A stretch of DNA of 64,000 bases from Octopus vulgaris. Lineage: Eukaryota. The position numbers and the translations under genes are program-made. Position 1 is the first letter of the stretch. Each line of letters begins with the position of its first letter. The stretch lies in contig OX597821.1 in assembly GCA_951406725.2 (NCBI GenBank), positions 89,342,001-89,406,000 on the forward strand. Reading direction: 5' to 3'. The notes below the pieces were generated by a model. That model saw only the letters and a list, made by a program, of their open reading frames with translations. It was not told the origin of the DNA and did no database searches. Shown here one piece after another: positions 12,660 through 25,825 of the stretch.

Positions 12660-13100
12660 GAGAAGATCTGTTGCGTCAAGTGAAACCAAAATCTTCGCTG
12701 TGGTCAGATTTTGGTTCCAGTGTCATGTAAAATACATCATCTGGATGAAGTCGTTGCCAGTCACCCCTGACTGTCTCCCATGCCGATGGCATGTAAAATG
12801 CACCATCCAAACATGGCTGATGCTAGTCCCCACTGACTGGATCCTGTGCTGGTGGCATGTAAAAAGCACTATCTAAACGTGATCAATCCCAGGCCCACCT
12901 GGCTGGCTCCAGTGCTAGTGGCACGTAAAAAGCACCCACTACACTCTTAGAGTGGCTGGCATTAGGAAGGGCATCCAGCTGAAGAGACATTTCCAGATTA
13001 GATTGGTGCTAGGTGTAGCTGTTGGCTTTCCAGACTTAAGTCAAACCATCCAACCCATGCTAGCATAGAAAATGGACGTTAAACGATGATGATGATGATG
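12660..13100 (+). mobile_element. Family C retroposon (older subfamily)
   Basis: Diverged TGGCATGTAAAAAGCAC units, core and (GAT)n tail. Confidence 0.8.
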
Positions 13101-13732
13101 TATAGAGAGAAAGAGAGAGGGAGGGAAAGAGAGAGAGAAAGAGAAAGTGAGAAAGAAAGAGAGAGAGAGAGAGAGAAAAAAGAGAAAGTGAGAAAGAAAG
13201 AGAGAGAGAGAGAAAGATAGACAGCCAAAAAGATAGATGTATACATATATATGTGTACATATATATATGTACATACATATAAGTACCTCCATCCATCCAT
13301 CCATACACACACACACACACTCACATACAAACACCTTGCGTGCATACACACATGCACACTCACACACTCACACACAAACACAATCACACAAGCACAGATT
13401 TTCTTGAAGGTAATCGTATAAGCTCCTCACAACTTGGAGCTGTTTATGAAAACTATAATCTCAATAAATGCCATTAGATGCATCCAGACACATGTGGATC
13501 CTTAGTACTCACACTGACATTTGCACACAGCCAAAGTGAACACATATGCATACTTTATCGCAAAGACGCATACAGACTAATTGTACGTACATATAATTCC
13601 TTTGCTCTCAATTATAGACATGTAGAAATATACATAGACAGATACACTCATATATACAAACATGAATATGTATTAAAGTGCACCTACGCTCAATTTCACA
13701 TGCACCGAAAAACATACAAATACATACACATA

Positions 13733-14137
13733 TGCAGGAGTGGCTGTGTGGTAAGTAGCTTGCTAACCAACCACATGGTTCCGGGTTCAGTCCCACTGCA
13801 TGGCATCTCGGGCAAGTGTCTTCTGCTATAGCCCTGGGCCGACCAATGCCTTGTGAGTGGATTTGGTAGACGGAAACTGAAAGAAGCCTGTCATATATAT
13901 GTATATATATATGTATGTGTTTGTGTGTCTGCGTTTGTCCCCCTAGAAGTGCTTGACAACCGATGCTGGTGTGTTTACGTCCCCGTCACTTAGCGGTTCG
14001 GCAAAAGAGACTGATAGAATAAGTACTGGGCTTACGAAAGAATAAGTCCCGGGGTCGATTTGCTCGACTAAAGGCGGTGCTCCAGCATGGCCGCAGTCAA
14101 ATGACTGAAACAAGTAAAAGAGTAAAAGAGAAAGAGT
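13733..14137 (+). mobile_element. SINE family A, full length
   Basis: Head, internal TA/TG tract, tail GTAAAAGAGTAAAAGAG. Confidence 0.9.
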
Positions 14138-14579
14138 ATATCATATTCATACGAATGTAGACACAAAGAAACAGTTACTTTTAACGAGTGTTGCTTCATT
14201 TAGAAACACCAGCATATACTTGCCTTGATTATTATGATCCTATATGAACATCTACCAACAAATGCTTGTCTACATCTATGTACAAACATTCACAAAATGC
14301 ATACAATCAAGGGCGTATACTTAGAACACCATGCACAATTGTATGCATGCAGATATATGTACACGTATATATATATATGTACACGTATATATTTACTGAC
14401 AAAATAGTATTGATATGCACTTATTCTTCAGTAAATTATGTTTGTGCTCATTCTAAAAATTATTGATATTCAATGAAATTGCTATATTTTTTTTTCATAT
14501 GCATGTGTTTAAAGTGTCCTTACATATATGCATGCATACGTATAGAAATATATGGAAATATATAAAACACATACAACAA

Positions 14580-14731
<152 letters not shown>

Positions 14732-14851
14732 ATAAGTATATACACATATATGTCATTTGAATATTTACATACACTAAACTACATTCACAATCATAGACAC
14801 ATGTACATACATTTTTGCATGCATATATGCATATGCTATTATATAAAGTAA

Positions 14852-14911
<60 letters not shown>

Positions 14912-14995
14912 CACACACATATAAAAATATATATATAATTTTGTATATATATATATCTATATCTATATTTATATATATATGCATATATATATATG

Positions 14996-15027
<32 letters not shown>

Positions 15028-15599
15028 TATGTATTTCTGTGGCTTGTAGTCCCACATATATGTATAGTTAAGCTGTTGGCTTGCAGCACAAATTGCTATA
15101 ATCTTGTTTACTCTGAGTCAAAGAAATACTTAACCTCAATCTAACAGGTTGCCAATGTCTTTTACACACTTTTTACACACACAGTTTTACCTTCATTTTC
15201 TCTTCCGTCTTCCTTGGCTTTCTCAGTATAGTCTGTCTTTCATCCTATTTTCTTTTTCTATTTTCCTTCTTTCTATCATTTCACTTTCTATTTATTTCTA
15301 TTATTCTTTTCTTTCTCTAATAAAAGTCTGTTTTTTTTCCCAATAATTTTGTCTTTCTGTGCAATAGTTTTTCTCTTTCTCTACATTTCTTTCGTTCAGT
15401 TTTGTTTTTTCCTCATCTGCTATTAAGCTAGTCTTTCTTTCTTGTTATTCTTTTCATTCATTTGTTTGTCCTTCATTCTCAAAACCAAACTTGCTATATT
15501 TTTTTTCTGTATTACTTTTATAAGGCCTGTTTTTCTCTTTTCACTGCTTATTTTCTCTCCCTCATCTCTCAAAGCCAGCCACATAACAAGTGTTTTAAG

Positions 15600-17140
15600 G
15601 TTATTTCCTCCCACTATTGAAAGCTGTGACTGTCTTTTGCATTTTGCCCTATCCTCCATGTATTCCTTCACTAACCCTATTGCCCTTATTTCCTCCTCTA
15701 ACACCTTTAGCCCTGTCACCATATTTTTAATCATATCACCATGTCTTTCTCAAGGTTTTTTTCCTTCTCTATTTCTTTCCAGATTCATTTTCCTCGCTCT
15801 TCTCACCTCATCACTTTTACTTTTACCTCAGCATTTGGTCCAGCCCTCTCTTCTAATTTCTCTTCACATCCATCACTGGATCTATCCCCTCACCTTCTGC
15901 AATTCGTTGTCTTCTTCTTCATTCTTACAACAACACATTGCTCATCAACTGAACAATTAGATTTCCACTCTTTCCAGCCCTCTCTACCCCTCCATATTTA
16001 ATATTCATGTCTCACATCTAAAATTCCTGCTTCTTCATACACATGCAACATAAACCTTTCTCTTCAATTTCAGTGACACTCCTCTCCAAGTTAACCCCTC
16101 ATTAAGTTTCTAGAACTTTTGCTGTGCACCTCTCTGCTGTGTGCCTCTCTGCTGTGTGCCTCTCTGCTGTGTGCCTCTCTGCTGTGTGCCTCTCTGCTGT
16201 GTGCCTCTCTGCTGTGTGCCTCTCTCCTGTGTGCCTCTCTGCTGTGTGCCTCTCTCCTGTGTGCCTCTCTGCTGTGTGCCTCTCTCCTGTGTGCCTCTCT
16301 GCTGTGTGCCTCTCTGCTGTGTTCCTCTCTGCTGTGTGCCTCTCTGCTGTGTGCCTCTCTGCTGTGTGCCTCTCTACTGTGTTCCTCTCTGCTGTGTGCC
16401 TCTTTGCTGTGTGCCTCTCTGCTGTGTTCCTCTCTGCTGTGTGCCTCTCCCCTGTGTGCCTCTCTGCTGTGTTCCTCTCTGCTGTGTGCATCTTTGCTGT
16501 GTGCCTCTCTGCTGTGTTCCTCTCTGCTGTGTGCCTCTCTGCTGTGTGCCTCTCTCCTGTGCGCCTCTCTGCTGTGTTCCTCTCTGCTGTGTGCCTCTTT
16601 GCTGTGTGCCTCTCTGCTGTGTTCCTCTCTGCTGTGTGCCTCTCTACTGTGTGCCTCTCTGCTGTGTGCCTCTCTCCTGTGTGCCTCTCTGCTGTGTGCC
16701 TCTCTCCTGTGTGCCTCTCTGCTGTGTGCCTCTCTGCTGTGTGCCTCTCTGCTGTGTGCCTCTCTGCTGTGTGCCTCTCTGCTGTGCGCCTCTCTGCTGT
16801 GTGCCTCTCTGCTGTGTGCCTCTCTGCTGTGTGCCTCTCTGCTGTGTGCCTCTCTGCTGTGTTCCTCTCTGCTGTGTGCCTCTTTGCTGTGTGCCTCTCT
16901 GCTGTGCGCCTCTCTGCTGTGTGCCTCTCTGCTGTGTTCCTCTCTGCTGTGTGCCTCTTTGCTGTGTGCCTCTCTGCTGTGTGCCTCTCACTCTAGTGAC
17001 CCTTGTTAAGTCTAATCCATTGTTTAACATGTCTTCTAAGCAACTACATCTTTTTCTTTTGCCCATTTCATTCCATTTCCAAGAGTCACCATTTACAGCT
17101 TCCTTTACACTCCCTTTACATTTAAATCCCTGCACATTCA
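15600..17140 (-). mobile_element. Decayed RTE-clade LINE 3' region, split by a minisatellite
   Basis: Minus-strand pieces in RTE order: CLEDML..VTRVR, GAQQKF*KL, WRGVSLKLKRKVYVACV, CET*, GLERVE, EEEIRAIGLVKEYMEDRAKCKR. Confidence 0.7.
16120..16989. repeat. 15-bp minisatellite (GTGCCTCTCTGCTGT)n, about 58 units
   Basis: Exact 15-nt periodicity with recurring single-base variants and no visible indels. Confidence 0.97.
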
Positions 17141-17147
17141 TATATTT

Positions 17148-17357
17148 GTGGTGCCACCTAAAAGCACTTGTGCTGTGCCATGTAAAATCCCTTAGCACAC
17201 TCTGTACAGTGGTTGGCTTTCGGAAGGGAATCCAGCCATTAAAAAAAACCATGCCAAATCAGACTGGAGTCTGATGCAGCTCCCCAGCTTGCCAGCGCTG
17301 GTCAAACCATCCAACCCATGCCAGCATGGACAACGGATGTTAAATGATGATGATGAT
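17148..17357 (+). mobile_element. Family C retroposon (diverged)
   Basis: GTGGTTGGCTTTCGGAAGGGAATCCAGC core, CCAACCCATGCCAGCATGG, (GAT)n. Confidence 0.75.
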
Positions 17358-17572
17358 GGTGGTGGTGGTGGTGGTGGTGGTGGTGGTGGTAGTGGTGGTG
17401 GGGTGGTGATGATGATGATAGTGATGATGATGATGATGAAGATGATGGTGGTGGTGGTGGTGGTGATGATGATGGTGATGGTGATGAGGATGGTGGTGGT
17501 GGTGGTGGTGGTTGTGGTGGTGATGATGATGGTGATGATGATAATGATGGTGGTGGTGGTGATGATGATGAT
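17345..17572. repeat. (GAT)n/(GGT)n compound microsatellite extending from the family C tail
   Basis: Interleaved GAT and GGT triplets. Confidence 0.9.
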
Positions 17573-17691
17573 TCACCCAGTGCACTTCGACACCTTTCTT
17601 ATACACTACCACTGGACCATTCCCTAATTCTTTCTACTTCACCACATACCATCAGTTTTTTTTTTGTGTTTTCACTATCATATTCTAACAC

Positions 17692-17910
17692 AAGATGGTA
17701 AACTGGCAGAATCATTCCAGTGCAAGACAAAATACTTTGCAACATTTCGTCTGTCTTTATGTTCTGAGTTCAAATCCTATGAAGGTCAACTTTGCTTTTC
17801 ACCCTTTCAGATCCTATAAAATAAGTACCAGTTGAATACTGGGGGTTGATGTAATCGACTTATTCCCTCCCATGAATCTGCTGGTGTTGTGTCAAAATTT
17901 GAAACCCATA
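17692..17910 (+). mobile_element. SINE family B (diverged)
   Basis: CTGGCAGAATC head, GTTCTGAGTTCAAAT, ATAAGTACCAGTT core. Confidence 0.75.
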
Positions 17911-18062
17911 CCATATTCAAACCATTTGCTTCCATACCTCCATATATTTCTCCCAACTATTCACCTTCTCCGCCAATCCATCCATACTCTTTACTATTAA
18001 CACCAGATCACATGCATGCAGTAAACCCACCTTTGCACTTTCAAGCAAGCATCTCCATCATC

Positions 18063-18093
<31 letters not shown>

Positions 18094-19197
18094 CTCTGAT
18101 CCAATTTTTACAGACAGATGTTCTTTTTGTCATTGACCCTGAGGTTTTCAACTAAGGAAATCACAGTTCTTGAGAATATGCCCTTACCCTCATCCCCATC
18201 TCCTCCACACCTCTCAACTCACCTATATGTAATGGAGAGCAGTCCTGCATCACCTCCTACTCAAATCTTCTCCTCTTTCCTCACCATTCTTATCACTGAT
18301 TCCCTCTCACTAATTCCCTGACAATATATTTTACTTATCCATCCTGTTACCCTCTTCCATCTTATTTTGTCTCCAAGCACCACTTTATCTACCCATCTAT
18401 AAACATAGGTTAGCGCTACATCTCATCCTACTAAACCACCCTCCATCCTAACATTTTTCTCTCTTTCTCACTCTACTTTCACTTTCACTTTGCCCTTTCC
18501 CTTCTATCATTTCCCTTCCCTAGCCCTATCTCTGGTAAGTTTCTTCCCTGTAATTCTCTCTCATGGTCACAAAATAATCACGAGACACGTTGATAGCGGA
18601 CAAGCTGCCAGGTCACAGGTCAGATATTAGTGGGTAAACCTATGATCAAAACCATCCAAAGAATGACCTTTCCAATCTTTTTAACAAAGTTGGTTGTGGC
18701 TGGAGAGAGATTTCACAGCTAATTCTAGATAGTTGCATGATTACATTCATGCTACCTTGCAGGCTCATAAACAGTCTAATTGAGAAAGCACATGTGGTAT
18801 TGACAGCAGCAAAGCTGAATGAGAGCCAACTGCTTCTAAATTATAATCCTATTTCAGTTGTCAGACCTGTATGTTCACTTCGGGGCTTATAACCAAAAAC
18901 ATTGTTTTAGTGCAAGGCTAGGTATATCTATTCCTGTGTAAATTTAACTACCAAAGTAGTTACGTTTGTCTGTGTTTCTAGTTTCTAAATAAGCTACTGA
19001 GTGTATGAGTACATTGATTTCTTCATCAAAGGGTACACACAACTACACACACACACCCATATATGTAAACTCACATACTCTTATATATATCGTATGTGTG
19101 TGTGAGTGTGTGTGTGTGTAGTGTGTGCACCTGTTAACTGAATATAAATGTGTGTGTGTGTGTGTGTGTGTGTAAATAAGATATATGTATGTATGTG

Positions 19198-19244
<47 letters not shown>

Positions 19245-19245
19245 G

Positions 19246-19290
<45 letters not shown>

Positions 19291-20017
19291 ACATACATAT
19301 ATATATACACATACATATATATACACATACATATATATATATACATACATATATGTACATGTGAATGTATGTTTGCATACTTGTTTGTGTGACTGTGCAT
19401 ATGTGTGTGTGTGTGTGAAAGAGAGAGACAGAGAGAAGGAGTGATTTTTTTCTCCTCAGATTTAATCACAGATCTAATCAAAGGTATCATGCTAACAAGT
19501 GTGTTTATAACCAGTTTAAACAAACAGCCACTGCCTTTACACAAATTATTCTGTGTTTTGTTGTACATTTGATACACTTAATTGAATGTACCCGTTTTTA
19601 ATTAGTTGTTCACAATTCATATCAGAGTATCTCCCAAAGCGACATCATATTAGACCAAACCAATATTCGATTCAAGGGGAAAAAAATGTGTGTTTTTTCT
19701 TTTTTTAGTTTAAAACTTTTGGCATTACAATTCCGGTTCCTGGCTGGTAGACATAAATATTTTTGTCTATTTTAACACCACTATATGACCCTGGTTGCCT
19801 TTAGTTCTATGAATTTTGTTACCTCATTTAGGCTAGTACTCTGGTTTGAGCACAATTTCCATCTTATTAACTACCAATCACAGATGCTTTGTAAAAGGTT
19901 GTGAGTTTTGTCTTTCCTCTTCTGAGACAGCCACATATAAAAAGTATTTGAAAAATACCATGGAAACATGACAGAATACGAATCAGATGATGCAAGATAG
20001 ATAAATATTTTATCTAA

Positions 20018-20406
20018 TCTCTATATATAAAGCTGAAGTTGTCTGTGTGTGGCAGGTTTGGTAGCCTCCAACTAAAACTATCTCCTCTGAGACTCTGTGG
20101 CGCAAGTTGACCAAAGTTGAGAGTATGATAGAAGAAGGCTTGCTCTTTATTCCATAGAAGATAAAATTCAAATCAGACCATGTTAAGACCAAAAATTATT
20201 TACAGCAAATGGGTGCTTTTTTTCTATGAAAATCCCGATTTTTTACGATTTTTGATTGCTGTGTCACCATTTTCCAGTGTATTTCAACCAGAAAAATGTT
20301 CACTTAAAGAGAATAGCAAGCTACATAATGCAAAATTTTTACTTTTTAATAATTTCAATTCTAAATGATCGAAACAAACCCGAGCAACGCCGGGCGATAC
20401 TGCTAG
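20018..20406 (+). mobile_element. Non-autonomous Helitron
   Basis: Starts A|TCTCTATATATAAAG, ends with hairpin CCCGAGCAACGCCGGG then CTAG|T; no TSD. Confidence 0.8.
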
Positions 20407-22830
20407 TATATAGATAAAATATTTGAACTCAACGACACAAGTTTTGTGTCATTAAGAGTTTTGGAAAGAATATTATATTCTTCATTACCTCAATTATTTT
20501 AGCTTTCAACTGAAATAAATCTCAGATCACATGCAAGCCAACATAGTAATCTATATCAACGAGAGGATCTCCACTGTTGTTTAACCTGCAAAAAAAAGTA
20601 TTAGAAAATATAACTGAATCTTTCACAAATCACATTGTGTCATCTTCAAGTAGAAATCACATTGGATGAAAAATACGAAGATCGTTATGGACTGCAATGC
20701 TTTTCATCACAGTTAAGCTCATTCAGAACTGATTTGTGCTAAACAACAACAAAAATGAGTATATGGGTACAATCGTGATGATTTGTTAATCGGATCACAT
20801 TACACCCATATGGTTCCAAGATCGATCCTGCTGTGCACCATAATGGCCAAATGGTTTCCATTATAAAATCAGAGTGACGTTCTGATTGGTGTTTAATTGA
20901 CAGAAAGAATGCAGAACTACATTTGCCTAATTACATGATCCCCACCTCTCATTACCTCCTATCCTGTATGTATGTATTTGAATACCTGCACCTGTCCTCA
21001 AAATTAAAAGTCCCCATATATGTATCCATATTCTGTGGGACTATCATTATATCTCTCCCTACATCAGTTCCCTATATTTAAGGTACTTCCACATGTATCT
21101 ATGCTTTCAAATGTTTTCTAGAGAACACCTCATTTTTCTGTAGGTGTGACTTTTTTGATGTCCCAAACCACAGTCACTCTGCTATAATGTTTATATCCAG
21201 GTATTGCTGTACATCTACTTATAACTGCTTTGTTCTTCATGCACATGTCAGCATCTATGTCTCCCCCTGGTTTCAGTTTTACTCCTCAACATCACCTCCT
21301 TCACTTTATACCACCACATACAATCTCTCCCATAAATAAACTATTAAATTATGAAAATTGAAAACCAAGGAATACGTTACTACAACCACTACATGACTTC
21401 CTTCACATTCTAATTTATTCTCCTTGTAACATTCATTGTCTCAGAAACAAATTTGTCGACCTTAAAATTCTTTACTCAAAAACAAACTGCACAAAGCTAA
21501 ACAACTTTCCTTACATAATACTTCATCTTTGTATGAGTTAAAGGCCAAATAGTAATTCCCCAAAACACAATTTTCTGCAGAGAAATTTTCCTCTCTCTCT
21601 CTCTCTCTCTCCCTACCCTCTCTCTATCTCCTTTCCCCCTCTCTCTACCACTCCCCCTCTCTCTCTTGCAAACCGGCCTGCACAGTTTCTATTTCTAAAA
21701 TTTTTTTTATCGTCATGTCGCTCCTCCCAGCCATACACTTTCTCATTGGTTGACGTATTAAACATGTTCTGCTTTATTTTCTAATGAATAAGTAAACTTT
21801 CTCTGACAAACTGACAGAGCCTCCAACCCATCTTCTTATCCTCCCCACACAGACATGAACATCCAGAAGCACAGCATCGTTTCTGTTACATCCTTCAGTC
21901 TAGAGTCTGCAGGAGAACACTCGCGAACCACTTCCCATCCCTCTGATTTACACTTATTCCTGCAAAGGGTGAAATAAGATTGAAGATTGTTGTTGTGAAT
22001 GAAACTACAAGGAGCATTCCTGGAGTTTTGAGACTTCTCCAGAAGAGACATTAATTTCAAAGAAGTACAAAACTCTAACCTCCTTCAAAAGTAGGGTCTT
22101 CTGACTTCAATGCACTTGTTGCAGCACTACAGCTATTCAGTGGAGGCCACATGAAAGTCTTCCAAATTGTCCAGGACCTTCGTTCCAAAAGGTCCAGGAC
22201 CTTCATTGCAGTCTCCTTCAGCTTCTCAGTGTCCTCAAAATGACTCCTCCCGAAGTTCTCTTTCAGCTTTGGAACAACCAAAAGTCACAGGGAAAAAAGG
22301 TTTGGAATGTAGAAAGGATGAGGGACAACAGTCTTGATGCCCACCTCTGTCAAGTAGTTGCTTACTAAGATGGAATTGTGGACTGGTGCATTTTCTTGGG
22401 GCAGGGGCTCTGGCCTTCTGTGACAAAATCTCTTCCTTCAAAACTTCCACACAAAGTATTAATTGTTGACCATCTGATGAGAGGAAACCCAATGGATGTG
22501 GATACTGTTCTTTCAGTTAACAAAAAACAGTAGCATCATGAGCCTCCTGTGATCTTACGTTGCCTGGCCTCTTATGCTTGTGTAAAACATATGTTGGGGC
22601 TCATACAAGTTAACTCATAGCAGTCTGGAGCGTTTCGTAAGTTTTTGTAGCAAAGACATTTATTTCATATCAAGTTCCTATCTCATCTTCATGTCCCATC
22701 TACATTCTGCAAACTAGTCAACTGTCAAAGCAGTGATAAGTAGAGTGACTTCAAAGTGTTGTTCCAGCTGTTTTCTTCAATCTGAGAAAACAAAAGTTGT
22801 TAAGACAGTTTATTAGCTGTATAATAATGA

Positions 22831-23052
22831 CTAGCTACTTTGACCTGTGCTTCGCACGGGTTTTGGTGGTGATGGCAACCAAACGGTAGCCCCGAGGGAC
22901 TTGCAACCCACCTCACACCATTGCCCACCCCATTTTACGCCCCAGTGTAAATTTTGGTGCCAATCCGACCCCAAACCGTTCCCATCCCAAAAATGAGATG
23001 AATAACCAAGAAATCAAACAACGTTTTCACATTTCAGCTTTTTAGATATTGA
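22831..23052 (-). mobile_element. Short non-autonomous Helitron
   Basis: CTAG at 22831-22834 next to hairpin CCTGTGCTTCGCACGGG; 5' end reads TCAATATCTAAAAAGCTGAA, like the 20018 Helitron start. Confidence 0.65.
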
Positions 23053-23514
23053 CTAGCAGTATCACCCGGCGTTGCTCGGGTTTGTAAGGGAAATAACTAT
23101 ATAAGCATTTTTAGAGAGTTATAGCCAAAAAATAGCAAAAAAAATGCATTAAAAATGGAAAAAAAATTATGGTAAATTTTTTTAAAATCGTTTACTCATC
23201 GTAGACATTTTTAGAGAGTTACTTCCCTTACATAATAGCGAAAAAAAATGATGGTAAACTTTTTAAAACGTTTACTCATCATAGACATTTTTAGAGAGTT
23301 ACTTCCCTTACATAATAGCGAAAAAAAATGATGGTAAATTTTTTTTAAATCGTAGACTCATCGTAGACGCGCGCTAATACCCAGAAGGGCTCGATATGAA
23401 TCACGACTATAAGATATCCGGTTTTGGTTAAACTGCACCGCAAAATGTGGGAGTAGTTAGGAATCTAAATCGTAGGAGACAGACACACAACCTTACTTTT
23501 ATATATAAAGAAGA
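23053..23514 (-). mobile_element. Non-autonomous Helitron with internal ~78-bp tandem duplication
   Basis: 3' end CAAACCCGAGCAACGCCGGGTGATACTGCTAG nearly identical to 20375-20406; 5' end TCTTTATATATAAAAG. Confidence 0.8.
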
Positions 23515-24019
23515 TATATCAAAATCACAGTAATATAAGACAGTTAAGAGAGTAATATAGGACAAAAAGAGAGATTCAAAACTTCTGGAATGCACCTCGT
23601 ACAAGCTATTGTGTGGTGCTGAAGTTTCCAATATCTAAAATAAAGTCTTTGCTCTACTAAGTTGTTGAGTTCTCTCTTCACTTTGGAAGTAGTCGCACCG
23701 AGCACATCATACTTACTCTTATGTATGTATTGGCGTATGTTGGTGTGTGTTTGTATGCATTTGTGTGTGTGTCAGTGTGTCTATGCATATGTGTATATAC
23801 ATGCATGCGTGTACATATATATGAATTTCTCACACATCAAAATTAATGCAGCTAAGCATGTGTATGTTTGTATGTGTGTGTGTGTGTGTGTGTATGTGTG
23901 TGCATGTGTGTGTGTCTGCATATGTATTTCAGTGTACATCTGAGACAATGGCTGTCAATTTAGGACTGTATCTATGGCATCACTATTCTTTCCTATTCTT
24001 GTCAATCCCATATTTTCAG

Positions 24020-24143
24020 TTGCTGCTGCTGCTACTACTGCTCTTCTTCTTCTTCTTCTTCTTCTTCTTCTTCTTCTTCTCCTCCTTCTCCTTCTCCTTC
24101 TCCTCCTCTTCCCCCTCCCCTCCCCCTCCTCCTCCTCCTCCTC

Positions 24144-24174
<31 letters not shown>

Positions 24175-24178
24175 CACC

Positions 24179-24213
<35 letters not shown>
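24020..24213. repeat. Compound trinucleotide microsatellite
   Basis: (GCT)(ACT)(TCT)(CCT)(ACT)(ACC)(ACT) tracts in series. Confidence 0.9.
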
Positions 24214-24814
24214 CGTTTCTATGTACACATTGGTGCCAAATTGCAAGTTTTGTTTACATTCTTCTTTTGTTTCATTTACAACTTGTTGTCATTTTTCAAG
24301 AGTTCCGCTTGTTTGAATTTCCAAGGAACTTCGACCGTTTGCTCTGATACATATCCTTTTGTATTTCCATGCCAGCTGAACACGTCATTTTTGCAACTGG
24401 TCTTGAAAGTTCTTCCCAAAGGAGTTTTGGCTGTCAGCTGCGTACGTATGCACACATTGTTACACTATGAGATTTGCATATATCGCATGCACATATGTAT
24501 ATGCAAGAGATTGCGTGAAAATGTACAGTCACATACACAAACACACAAACACACACACACGCACACACACACACAGATAAGCACGTAACATTACACGCAA
24601 ATATTCATCTTACTGCCTATATACACATCTTTATCAAGAGAGGAAACATTTTATGCATGTGAAAGAGTCATTTTGGGGTAGCTGCATACACTCACTATAC
24701 ATATACCCTTCCTATCTGTATGTAATCTGTATATATTTGTGTGTGCTCATGTGTGTATGAATGCATGTATATATGTACATGCATGCAGTGAGTATATGTA
24801 TATATATACATATA

Positions 24815-25160
24815 TATACACAAATATAAGAGAGTGTCCACTATGTGGTCGACTCTTGAGCTAAAAATAGATCCGCTATGGTCTCAACCACCTACAAGTG
24901 TATCTACATTTATGTTATTTTTCATTTGTCCTGCTCGTTTATGCTCATAGTTGTGCTAATTCTCCTTGGAAACAATTCTTGGTGGTTGAGCCATAGCAGA
25001 TCTATTTTTAGCGCAAGAGTCGACCACATAGTGAACACTCTCTTATATTTGTGTATAAATTTTTATTGTATCCCTGGTTTTTATGCGCTAAGCCACTAGG
25101 TGTTAAATTGATGGTATTATTAAATTAATATCCAATTTTTTCACCCTTATTTTTGATTTC
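24815..25160. repeat. Fold-back element in (TA)n with ~77-bp inverted arms
   Basis: Arms 24815-24892 and 24981-25057 with few mismatches; about 100 bp of unpaired extension before the next TA tract. Confidence 0.75.
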
Positions 25161-25239
25161 ATATATATATATTTATGCACACATACACACAAATATATAT
25201 ATAGAGACATATATTTATATAGTCTTATAGACATATATA

Positions 25240-25640
25240 CTCTCTTTTACTTGTTTCAGTCATTTGACTGTGGCCATGCTGGAGCACCGCCTTTAGTCGA
25301 GCAAATCGACCCCAGGACTTGTTCTTTGTAAGCCCAGTACTTATTCTATTGGCCATTTTTGCCAAACCACTAAGTGACGGCGACGTAAACACACCAGCAT
25401 CGGTTGTCAAGCAATGCTAGGGGGACGATCACAGACACACAAACATACACACACACACATATATATACATATATACGACGGGCTTCTTTCAGTTTTCATC
25501 CACCAAATCCACTTACAAGGCTTTGGTCGGGCCGAGGCTATAGTAGAAGACACTTGCCCAACATGCCATGCAGTGGGACTGAACCTGGAACCATGTGGTT
25601 AGTAAGCAAGCTACTTACCACACAGCCGCTCCTGCACCTA
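25240..25640 (-). mobile_element. SINE family A, full length
   Basis: Reverse complement of family A. Confidence 0.9.
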
Positions 25641-25825
25641 TATATATAGTGTTTTCTTAAATCTCTTAGTAGTTTCAAATGTTGGACTATGAAAATGATA
25701 GGGCTCAGTCTTCAAGGGTCTGCCATATATATTTCAGGGTTGCACTTATTTTATTGATCTATGTTATGCTTTTGACAAAAAGGAAAGCAACCCAAAACAC
25801 CGGTATACACAAATTCTTGGACATA

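Larger units (their letters stand above)
22008..23599 (-). mobile_element. Decayed, internally deleted mariner element carrying nested Helitrons
   Basis: Imperfect TIRs CAAGGAGCATTCCTGGAGTTTTGA / TCAAAACTTCTGGAATGCACCTCG flanked by TA; minus-strand remnants ENAPVHNSILVSNYLTEVGIKT, PCDFWLF, KLKEN, NKCIEV, typical of mariner transposase. Confidence 0.85.

Noticed and set aside
14085-14120. Family A tail hairpin followed by GAAACAAGTA looks like the 3' half of a hammerhead
   Set aside because: No CUGANGA upstream in any copy
16119-17274. 296-377 aa Cys/Leu-rich ORFs resembling keratin-associated or metallothionein-like proteins
   Set aside because: Open in all three plus frames simply because the 15-bp unit lacks stops; the array lies inside a decayed LINE
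22474-22495. CTGATGA...GAAAC hits here and at about 49172
   Set aside because: No stem II or helix I/III closure; chance matches
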